Part shown: in pieces, positions 1 through 7,451 of the stretch | Layout: every line of letters begins with the position of its first letter | Numbering within the stretch: the stretch's first letter is position 1 | NCBI GenBank assembly: GCA_964587725.1 | Contig: CAZPLO010000017.1 | Span: 1-22,514 of the forward strand | DNA length: 22,514 bases | Direction: 5' to 3' | DNA from: an uncultured archaeon | GTDB lineage: Archaea; Altiarchaeota; Altiarchaeia; IMC4; SCGC-AAA252-I15 | Program-made: the position numbers and the translations under genes | Notes under the pieces: generated by a model | What the model was told of the DNA's origin: nothing | Database searches by the model: none | The model's input: only the letters and a program-made list of their open reading frames with translations

Positions 1-56
1 AATTTAACCCTACGAATAGAGAAAGAAATCCCGCCTGCGGGCGCACCCAAAAAAAA

Positions 57-96
57 GGCAATTCATCCCATGCCTAAAGGCACGGGATTTCTTGCC
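57..96 (-). mobile_element. IS200/IS605-family (or derived non-autonomous element) subterminal hairpin end
   Basis: Minus strand reads GGCAAGAAATCCCGTGCCTTTAGGCATGGGATGAATTGCC: stem ATCCCGTGCC-TTTA-GGCATGGGAT with one G-T pair, framed by GCAAGAA...GAATTGC, the pattern I recall for IS605/IS1341 ends. No transposase in the window. Confidence 0.65.
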
Positions 97-143
97 CAGG
101 ATTATTTAAACAAAAGTATGAATAGTTTAAAGAAAAGTTTAAA

Positions 144-181
144 ATGCTGACTAAGCGTATCATCCCCTGTTTGGACTGCGA
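144..181 (+). repeat. 38-bp exact direct repeat, copy 1 (duplicate of the hisF 5' end)
   Basis: ATGCTGACTAAGCGTATCATCCCCTGTTTGGACTGCGA occurs at 144-181 and again at 260-297. Confidence 0.97.
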
Positions 182-240
182 GTCGGAGTTTGCCGACGAC
201 AAATGGGCCGTCTTCGCACCCTGCGGGTACTCGACGACCC
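182..240. repeat. REP/MITE-like hairpins between the two direct repeats
   Basis: GTCGG(182-186)/CCGAC(193-197); GGGCCGTC(205-212)/GACGACCC(233-240) with one mismatch, enclosing ACCC-TGC-GGGT (218-228). Confidence 0.5.
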
Positions 241-259
241 TGAACGTGAGGAAACAACC

Positions 260-1036
260 ATGCTGACTAAGCGTATCATCCCCTGTTTGGACTGCGACTT
301 GACTGTCCCGCAGGGGCGGGTGGTGAAGGGGGTGAAGTTCAAGCAGATAAAATACGCGGGGGAGCCCGCCGAACTCGCGGCAAAATACTCCCGGGACGGC
401 GCAGACGAAATCGTGTTTCTGGACATAACCGCCAGCCACGAAAGACGGGAGACCATGGTCCACGTGATAGAGAAGACGTCTGAGGAGGTGTTCATGCCGC
501 TGACCGTCGGAGGAGGCATCAGGACAAACCAGGACATACAGCGGATACTGAAGGCCGGCGCCGACAAAGTCGGCGTAAACACCGCAGCCATAAAGAGGCC
601 GGATTTTGTGAAAGATGCGTCGAAGAAATTCGGGAGCCAATGCATCGTGGTGGCGATAGACAGTAAACGCACCGACAACACGCCCTCCGGCCACGAGTGC
701 TCTATATACGGAGGCAGGGAAATGACCGGCGTGGACACCCTCGAATGGGCCAAGCAAGTTGAGGAGCTGGGGGCCGGCGAGATACTGTTGACCAGTATGG
801 ACCGGGACGGCACCAAGGAAGGATTCGACCTCGAATTGACCAGACTCGTATCTGAGGCAGCCGGCATACCTGTAATAGCGTCCGGCGGAGTCGGCAAGCC
901 GAAACACATGCTCGACGCGTTCACAGAAGGCAAGGCGGACGCCGCATTGGCCGCAAGCATATTCCACTTCGACGAATACCCCATACCCGTAGTCAAAAAA
1001 TACCTGAAAGAACACGGCGTGGCCGTCAGAATATAG
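260..1036 (+). CDS. hisF: Imidazole glycerol phosphate synthase, cyclase subunit
   Basis: [52 protein letters not shown] and [10 protein letters not shown] motifs. Start placed at ATG 260 (GAGG at 248-251) instead of 203. Confidence 0.97.
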   Translation: MLTKRIIPCLDCDLTVPQGRVVKGVKFKQIKYAGEPAELAAKYSRDGADEIVFLDITASHERRETMVHVIEKTSEEVFMPLTVGGGIRTNQDIQRILKAGADKVGVNTAAIKRPDFVKDASKKFGSQCIVVAIDSKRTDNTPSGHECSIYGGREMTGVDTLEWAKQVEELGAGEILLTSMDRDGTKEGFDLELTRLVSEAAGIPVIASGGVGKPKHMLDAFTEGKADAALAASIFHFDEYPIPVVKKYLKEHGVAVRI

Positions 1037-1069
1037 TTTTTCTTTTAAGGATTCCCTATCTCTAACGTA

Positions 1070-2170
1070 ATGGCTGCTTTAAGGCGTAGGGACCCTCGGG
1101 AACTCCAGGAGCCGGGGAGATTTGAGGAAGCTGTTAAGGCTGAGAGAAGGCTTTTTTGGCCGATAAGAGTCAACCGTGAGATGCTGGAGTGGATGGCCCA
1201 AGAACGCATTAAACTCGAGGCCGCCATGCCCCCGGAGGCCGATAAACTCACTGTCTCGCTCAAGGATTTGACGGAAGGGGAGTTCAAGTCGTTATCGGAG
1301 GGGGAAATTTTCATGGAAGACGGAGAACCCTTCCGGCTGTCGGGGAGCAGCATGGACATGTACCGCACCCTCCGGAGGAACCTCCCCCGGTTACCAGTCT
1401 ACACAATACCCTCCCTGCAGATGCTGAGTGAAGTGGAGAGGGAGCAGGACGTCACCATGGAGGGAATGGCGTCTGAGGTGAGCGTGCACACGAAAAAATT
1501 CAGCCCGCCCTCCGGCAACAAACTCATGCTCCTGTGGAACATGATAGGCGTTGTGAAGGGAGTTAGGCAGCCCATCATGGGTTTCATACGGGAGGACAGG
1601 GAACAGGGCATGCTCTACACCGTAGAGCCCAAGACCCTCAGTTTCAGGGAACACGTGCAGGCGTTGATGGCAGCGGGACTGGATGCAGACAAGGAGGCTC
1701 ATGTGGGCCTGAACCTGGCCGACCTCCTGGTCAGAACCGCGAACAAAAGCATTATACCGCGGGGGGCGTGCAACGACCGGAACATAGGCGTGAGAGACGA
1801 CGGCCAGATGTTCTTCAGGGTGACCGTGTTTCAGGCGGTGAACACGCCACAGGAGAGTATGAACTTCATGCTCAAGAACATGTCGCCGAGCAGCCTGTCG
1901 TTCATGGCAGGCGAAACACCACCTTCAGCACAGGAGTTGTTCCTGACCCGGAAAGGCATTCCCTTCGACCCACTGAAAGTCGAACATAGCGTCTTCACCG
2001 AGGGGATGCAGAAGGCATTCCTCAGACAGATAGACGACGCCGGACTCCTCGACACAACGCTGTTCGAGGAGATGAAGGCCAATAACCCCGGATACTATGC
2101 GAGGATACCCAGGGTTTTCAGAGAATACGCTGAGAAGCGGATGCGCGGAGACCTGCCGCCGCCAAAGTAA
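1070..2170 (+). CDS. Hypothetical protein, possibly a degenerate protein-kinase-like fold
   Basis: 366-aa ORF filling the hisF-ilvB gap, TTTTAA about 25 nt upstream. SIIPRGACNDRNIGVRDDGQMFF resembles a kinase catalytic-loop region but lacks canonical HxD and DFG. Confidence refers to the ORF; the fold is tentative. Confidence 0.75.
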   Translation: MAALRRRDPRELQEPGRFEEAVKAERRLFWPIRVNREMLEWMAQERIKLEAAMPPEADKLTVSLKDLTEGEFKSLSEGEIFMEDGEPFRLSGSSMDMYRTLRRNLPRLPVYTIPSLQMLSEVEREQDVTMEGMASEVSVHTKKFSPPSGNKLMLLWNMIGVVKGVRQPIMGFIREDREQGMLYTVEPKTLSFREHVQALMAAGLDADKEAHVGLNLADLLVRTANKSIIPRGACNDRNIGVRDDGQMFFRVTVFQAVNTPQESMNFMLKNMSPSSLSFMAGETPPSAQELFLTRKGIPFDPLKVEHSVFTEGMQKAFLRQIDDAGLLDTTLFEEMKANNPGYYARIPRVFREYAEKRMRGDLPPPK

Positions 2171-2171
2171 A

Positions 2172-3872
2172 TTATTTCAGGTGCTCTTTCTCTATCATCC
2201 TGTCTATCTGGCCTGTTGAGGGCACCATGGGGAGGATGTGTTCTTCTGGGTCGACTACGACATCCAGTACGTAGGTTTCGTCGGATTTCATCGCCAGCTT
2301 CAATGCCTCCTTGATTTCGCTGGGGTGTTCTATGCGGAGGCCTTTGGCTCCGTAGGCTTCCGCCAGTTTCACGAAGTCCGGCAGCTCCCCTAGGTAGGTG
2401 TGGGAGCGGCGTTTGTCGTAGAACAAATCCTGCCACTGCTTCACCATGCCGAGGTAGCGGTTGTTCATCAGCAGCACGGTGACCGGGATATTCTCTATCA
2501 CGCAGGTGGCGAGGTCCTGGGATGTCATCATGAAGCTACCTTCGCTGCCCACGTCCACCACCTTATGGTCGGGTTTAGCGGTTTTAGCTCCGATGGCGTA
2601 GGGGAAGCCCGCACCCATGGTGCCGAGTCCGCCGGAGCTGATGAAGTGCCGGGGGTTCCTTATGTTGAGGAAGTGTGCTGCGAACATCTGACACTGCCCC
2701 ACCTCCGTGGTGACAACCGTCTTCGAGTCTATGAGGCTGTCGAGTTCACGCATCACACACTGCTGTTTCACCGGGACGCATTCATCGTAGTCCCACTTTG
2801 ACGCATACTCTTTCTTGTATTTCTCCAGCTTCCGGTGCCATTCCGTCCCACCCTTCTTTTTCTTCTTCCCGATGATCCTCAGAAGGTTTTTGAGCACTGG
2901 TTTGGCGTCGCCGACTATCGGCAGGTCCACACCCACGTTCTTCCCTATTTCGGCGGAGTCTATGTCCACGTGTATCTTCTTCGCCTTCGGCGCGAAAAAA
3001 TTGACGTCGCAGGTGACGCGGTCGCTGAACCGGACGCCTACCGCAAACACCACGTCTGCCTCGTTTATCATCTTGTTGGCTGCTTTCCGACCGTGCATCC
3101 CCCACATCCCCAGCGACAGAGGCAGGTTTTCGGGGTAGCATCCCTTGCCCATCAACGTGGTGGCTACTGGAATGTTAAGGGAGTCGGCGAGTTTCTTCAG
3201 CTCCGGGCTTGCGCCGGAGATTATGACGCCGCCGCCCGCCAGTATCACCGGCCGTTCAGCGCCCATCAACATTTCAGCAGCGCGCTTCAACTGCACGGGG
3301 TGGCCTTTCGAGACCCTGGTGCTGTACCCCGGCAGCTCAACGTCTTTCGGGTACGTGAACTTCCGCAGCTTCCCCTGCTGGACGTCCTTGGGCAGGTCTA
3401 TTAACACGGGTCCGGGACGTCTCGTAGCCGCTATCTTGAACGCGGCCCTGAACGTCCGGGGTATGTCTTCGGGGTTGGTTATCTGGAAGTTGTGCTTGGT
3501 TATGGGCATCGTAATGCCGATTATGTCCGCCTCCTGGAAGGCGTCGTTGCCTATGGCGCACGTCGGCACCTGACCCGTCAACGCCACAATAGGTGTTGAG
3601 TCGCAGTAGGCGTCCGCTATCCCTGTTACGAGGTTGGTTGCGCCGGGCCCGGAGGTGGCCATGCAGACTCCCACGCCACCTGACACGCGGGCGTAGCCTT
3701 CCGCGGCGTGGGCGGCGCACTGCTCGTGCCGCATCAGAATATGGCGGAGGTCGCCTTCGTCGAACCCGTAGAGGGCGTCGTAGACCTCCATTATAGATCC
3801 GCCGAGGATGCCGAAGATGTGTTTAACGCCCTCCGCCTGCAGTGATTTAACGATAGCTTCCGAACCCTTCAT
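2172..3872 (-). CDS. ilvB: Acetolactate/acetohydroxyacid synthase large subunit
   Basis: RHEQ, ATSGPGATN, AFQEAD, RPGPVLIDLPKD, SGGLGTMG, ThDP motif variant SEGSF...MNN, LGMVKQWQ. Confidence 0.97.
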   Translation of the reverse strand: MKGSEAIVKSLQAEGVKHIFGILGGSIMEVYDALYGFDEGDLRHILMRHEQCAAHAAEGYARVSGGVGVCMATSGPGATNLVTGIADAYCDSTPIVALTGQVPTCAIGNDAFQEADIIGITMPITKHNFQITNPEDIPRTFRAAFKIAATRRPGPVLIDLPKDVQQGKLRKFTYPKDVELPGYSTRVSKGHPVQLKRAAEMLMGAERPVILAGGGVIISGASPELKKLADSLNIPVATTLMGKGCYPENLPLSLGMWGMHGRKAANKMINEADVVFAVGVRFSDRVTCDVNFFAPKAKKIHVDIDSAEIGKNVGVDLPIVGDAKPVLKNLLRIIGKKKKKGGTEWHRKLEKYKKEYASKWDYDECVPVKQQCVMRELDSLIDSKTVVTTEVGQCQMFAAHFLNIRNPRHFISSGGLGTMGAGFPYAIGAKTAKPDHKVVDVGSEGSFMMTSQDLATCVIENIPVTVLLMNNRYLGMVKQWQDLFYDKRRSHTYLGELPDFVKLAEAYGAKGLRIEHPSEIKEALKLAMKSDETYVLDVVVDPEEHILPMVPSTGQIDRMIEKEHLK

Positions 3873-3887
3873 CCTTGAAAACCCTCA

Positions 3888-3908
3888 TATATACGTTTAA
3901 CGGCAAAA
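3888..3908 (-). promoter_or_regulatory. Upstream motif shared with cimA (TTTTGCCGTTAAACGTATATA)
   Basis: 19/21 identical to 13088-13108; ends 15 nt before the ilvB ATG; contains the palindrome CGTT-A-AACG. Confidence 0.6.
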
Positions 3909-3945
3909 TATATACTAATAAGGGCCACAGGTTTATAAGCGGACG

Positions 3946-5085
3946 ATGAAAAAGCCTTCTAGCAGCGAATCAGACACGGGATACGGCAAATTCAAAAACT
4001 ACGTCCTCGGCGTATTGCCTCTGCTGGAGCTGAACGTCTCCTCCGTGGAATCCGACGGGGAGAACAGTGTCAATGCCACCGCCAAGTCGACTGGGAAGGT
4101 GGTGGAGAACACAGTGTTGGTGGCCGGTAGGAAGCAGAAGAGGAAGGTGGGGGTGAAGAACATCAAGGATTTGTCCGAGCGCATGGACGATAAGAACATC
4201 ACCCAGGGGGTTTTCATCTCAACCTCAGGTTTCACCGAGGACGCCATAGAGTACGCCGGGGACAACGGCATAACCCTGCTGACGCCCGGCGACGTGGAGA
4301 AACTTCGCAACCCCGTCAGGCATGAGGAGGAGCACAGCATATTCGAGCGCGTCTTCGCAGGCGACATGACATTGGACGACGCGACAGAGTATTTCATTGA
4401 TAGGAGGGGGAAGAGGCTTTTCGGTCTCGCGGGCACAGCGGAGAAGGTGGACGCGGTGGAGGGGAGGTACACGCCGGTAGGCCGATTCAGACTGAAGAAG
4501 ACGCGGGGCGGGTTTGAGGCTAATGCAGAGGGAGAAAACAGCGTGTACGCGAACCTCGCGACCTGCGAACTATACTACGTGTACACGGGCGTGGCGGGCA
4601 GGGGGATGCGGTTGAATGCCAGCAACGTCCTGCGGCGTCTGCTGGACCTGCCCGCCGAGGCCGTGCGGATTCTGTCGGAGATAATGGAGAGGGAGGAACT
4701 GCGGCTGGACAAGATGGACGAGCGGACGCGCATGTATTATCAAGGGAACCTCCAGAGCCTAGTGGCACTGGAAAACCTGGGTTTAATCGGGTTGCGGGAT
4801 GACGCCAGAGGATACCTGTCCAACCTGAACCTTCCCCGCTTCAACGACCCCAGATACGACCTGGAGAGGTTTCTGGAAACCGGCGAGTCGGTTGAGAGCG
4901 AATACGCGGTGGATCCGGTGGTTTACAGGCCCGCGGATGTGCTGGGGCTGCTGAAAAACTTCTACGCCGCCGAAGGCGTATTCGAGGGCGTGGTTTATAT
5001 GCGATACTACAGGTGCAGGTACGTTGGGGAGGGGGACAGGGTTAGACTGGATGCTGTGGAGGACATAAGGTTCAAAAATGGGTGA
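3946..5085 (+). CDS. Mrr-like (type IV restriction endonuclease fold) N-terminal domain protein, degenerate active site; paralog A
   Basis: GVFISTSGFTEDAIEYA...ITLL matches the C-terminal part of Mrr_cat; the catalytic D...(Q/E)xK is replaced by VN...VAGR. Confidence 0.8.
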   Translation: MKKPSSSESDTGYGKFKNYVLGVLPLLELNVSSVESDGENSVNATAKSTGKVVENTVLVAGRKQKRKVGVKNIKDLSERMDDKNITQGVFISTSGFTEDAIEYAGDNGITLLTPGDVEKLRNPVRHEEEHSIFERVFAGDMTLDDATEYFIDRRGKRLFGLAGTAEKVDAVEGRYTPVGRFRLKKTRGGFEANAEGENSVYANLATCELYYVYTGVAGRGMRLNASNVLRRLLDLPAEAVRILSEIMEREELRLDKMDERTRMYYQGNLQSLVALENLGLIGLRDDARGYLSNLNLPRFNDPRYDLERFLETGESVESEYAVDPVVYRPADVLGLLKNFYAAEGVFEGVVYMRYYRCRYVGEGDRVRLDAVEDIRFKNG

Positions 5086-6460
5086 CATGGAAGACAGGGA
5101 GATGGACTTTCAGGAGGTCATAGGCAAGTTCATCACCAAAATGGGGTTTGAAGTAGACTCCACCGAACCCCTCATGGACGGGAGCGTGGACTTCAAAGCC
5201 AAGACCACCAACCCCATGGGCGGCAAGGTACTGTCTCTGATACGGGCTTCAAGCTTCAGCCGCCTCGTAAACGAAGACGACATAGGAAGCCTCCACGACA
5301 GGATGGAAGACATCGGCGCAGTCCGATCAGCCTACATAACAACGTCCGGCTTCACAAACGAGGCGGTGGAGACAGCGAAAGACAAGCCCATAAGCCTCAT
5401 AAACAAGTACCAGCTGATGGAGAGCATAAGCCGGAGGGGGCTGGCCTCCGACAAGGACTTGATGGAGTCCCTGGAGAGGTATGGGATGGCGGAGAAGTAC
5501 TTCCAGGGGTACGAGCAGTCATTCGTCAACGGCAGAAGCGACAGCGAAGCAAGGGAGTACTTCGAGTCGAAGGCCAAAAAAGGCGAGAACCCGGTTAGGA
5601 TAAGGCTGAGGTACGCTCCCGTCTCAGTGCTGAACGTGAGAACCACAAAGGATGTGTGGACCCGGGACCAGACGCTCCGGACCATAGAGAAGAAGGATTA
5701 CCTGTTCATCAACCTAACCAACATGGACCTCTACTACGTGATGCAGAAGAGGAAGAAGAACAGGACCGAGAACCGGCTTATGCGGTCGGACATCATACGG
5801 AAGATAAACGACCTGCCGGAGTACTCGAAAGAACACCTACTGCACCTGCTTGAGCACGGGGACCTGCCGGTGGAGGATTTGGAGGGGAAGGAACTGTCGA
5901 TACTGAAGAACAAGAAGGTCATCAACATCTACGAGGGCAGGAAAGGGGGGGCGGGGACGCTGATGGAGTATGCGGAGATGTTCCTGGAGGGGCTTATTGA
6001 GACCATCAACATGCTAATCGACGAGATAGTGTCAGGCATAGGGAGCATGGGGGAGGGGGGCCGGGAGAGGCCGGAGGAGAAGCCGCCGAAGAAGGTGACG
6101 GCGGAAGTCAACATGCCCCACCTGTACGGCGGAAAATACGACATATGGAAGTATCTTGAAGTGGAGAAAGGCATTAAATCCTACGCCGAAGTGGACCCCA
6201 TAGTGTACAGCAGCACGGAAGTGGGTAAGCTGCTGAAGAGCATATTCAACGGCACCGTTAAGAAGGAGGGGCTCATATTCCTGCCCTACTACAGGGCCAA
6301 GTACGTGGACCAGAGGAGCAACCGCACCAAATACGAGATACTGGTGGCGCCGAATTTCAAGGGGGAGGAGGCGCCGGAGAAGAAACGGGACGTCCGCAAG
6401 GGCCCCAGGATAAAAGCGAAGAAGAAGCCGCTGGCCGGCGATTTCAAGCTTATCAAATAG
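5078..6460 (+). CDS. Mrr-like N-terminal domain protein, degenerate active site; paralog B
   Basis: FQEVIGKFITKMGF, DGSVDFKA, YITTSGFTNEA...ISLIN; the (Q/E)xK position reads IRAS. Overlaps paralog A by 8 nt; the start could be 5087. Confidence 0.8.
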   Translation: MGDMEDREMDFQEVIGKFITKMGFEVDSTEPLMDGSVDFKAKTTNPMGGKVLSLIRASSFSRLVNEDDIGSLHDRMEDIGAVRSAYITTSGFTNEAVETAKDKPISLINKYQLMESISRRGLASDKDLMESLERYGMAEKYFQGYEQSFVNGRSDSEAREYFESKAKKGENPVRIRLRYAPVSVLNVRTTKDVWTRDQTLRTIEKKDYLFINLTNMDLYYVMQKRKKNRTENRLMRSDIIRKINDLPEYSKEHLLHLLEHGDLPVEDLEGKELSILKNKKVINIYEGRKGGAGTLMEYAEMFLEGLIETINMLIDEIVSGIGSMGEGGRERPEEKPPKKVTAEVNMPHLYGGKYDIWKYLEVEKGIKSYAEVDPIVYSSTEVGKLLKSIFNGTVKKEGLIFLPYYRAKYVDQRSNRTKYEILVAPNFKGEEAPEKKRDVRKGPRIKAKKKPLAGDFKLIK

Positions 6461-7397
6461 CCTCCAGCACCCATATGCGGCGGGTGAGGCTCCTGTGTAT
6501 CCTGACGTCGAATGTGTCGGCGACACTGAAGCCTTCTGTGTCAACGTCGTTTTCACGCGGCAGCATCAAAGCCATTCGGGAGCCCTCGTCCAACATGCCT
6601 CTCGCGTTGGATGTGAACTTAGTGTAGAGTCCACCCACCCCCTCCGTCGTGTATGATGCGCGGCCGTAAGGAGGGTCGGTGGCTACGGCGTCCGCCTTCG
6701 CGGACGACTCCAGCGCATCTGAAACCGTCACGTTCCCGCCTACGCCGTATGCGTCAAGGTTTCGTCTGCACCCCTCCACCATCCGCTCGTCCACGTCCCA
6801 GCCGACCACCTCCAACCCCATCAACCCGGCCTCAATCAGCACGCCACCGGTGCCGCAGAACGGATCCAGCAAACGGTCGCCTGCGCGGACTCTCGTCAGG
6901 TTAACGAGGGCGCGGGCTAGCTTAGGGTGCATGCTCGTGGGGTGGAAGTAGGGGCGGTTCTGGGGCTTACGGGATTCATAGTCCCGTTGGAGGGGGATGT
7001 TGGCTCCAGCATACAGTCTGCCATCCAACTCCAACACCATCACGTCTACTTCCGGATTGTTCAGGTCCACCTTCAACCCAAATCCCTTGAGGACACTGCC
7101 CATTTTCCTCTGAATGTTCGGAGACGACGTGACCCTGAAGGATGAGATATCCGACAGCTCATCGTATACTGGACCCGATAGGCCGCTTACGTTTTCCGCG
7201 CCGGCCAGGTATTCGGCGGCCTTCAGCGTGTACGCGAGCCTCTGGAGAAAGGAGTTGTCTGCGGTGTTCGCGTCCACTAGGAGGGTGCGGCCGCACTCTG
7301 AGATAGAGTATTCGAAGCCTTCACCTTCCAGCACCGCCTCCAACTCCGCCCTGGGAAGCGTGGGGTGCTCCCCCGACAGCCGGAGGATGTACTTCAT
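6453..7397 (-). CDS. trm11: tRNA (guanine10-N2)-methyltransferase, THUMP plus SAM domains
   Basis: LSGEHPTLP, RPYFHPTSMHPKLARALVNL, DPFCGTGG, TDPPYGR, HRSLTR. True start MKYILRL at 7397. Confidence 0.92.
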   Translation of the reverse strand: MKYILRLSGEHPTLPRAELEAVLEGEGFEYSISECGRTLLVDANTADNSFLQRLAYTLKAAEYLAGAENVSGLSGPVYDELSDISSFRVTSSPNIQRKMGSVLKGFGLKVDLNNPEVDVMVLELDGRLYAGANIPLQRDYESRKPQNRPYFHPTSMHPKLARALVNLTRVRAGDRLLDPFCGTGGVLIEAGLMGLEVVGWDVDERMVEGCRRNLDAYGVGGNVTVSDALESSAKADAVATDPPYGRASYTTEGVGGLYTKFTSNARGMLDEGSRMALMLPRENDVDTEGFSVADTFDVRIHRSLTRRIWVLEAI

Positions 7398-7451
7398 GTG
7401 AGTATACTGGAGGCGAATGTTTTTATCTGACACATCCATAAGATAAAGACC

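Larger units (their letters stand above)
144..266 (+). other. 40-codon upstream ORF sharing its first 12 codons with HisF and overlapping the hisF start
   Basis: [40 protein letters not shown], stop TGA at 264-266. The ORF is visible in the sequence; translation is unproven. Confidence 0.4.

Noticed and set aside
203-259. 19-aa N-terminal extension of HisF in the ORF track
   Set aside because: The family starts at [11 protein letters not shown]; the extension runs through the hairpin insert and an SD-like GAGG precedes ATG 260.
144-266. His-sensing leader peptide for hisF
   Set aside because: The uORF contains no His codons.
74-1015. Long antisense or alternate-frame ORFs (74-1015, 160-996, 8773-9618, 10803-11624, 13339-14019 and similar)
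   Set aside because: Shadows of well-supported genes in GC-rich DNA, with no recognisable motifs.
3946-6460. Active restriction-modification system
   Set aside because: Catalytic motifs are degenerate and the adjacent methyltransferase is a tRNA enzyme with a THUMP domain.
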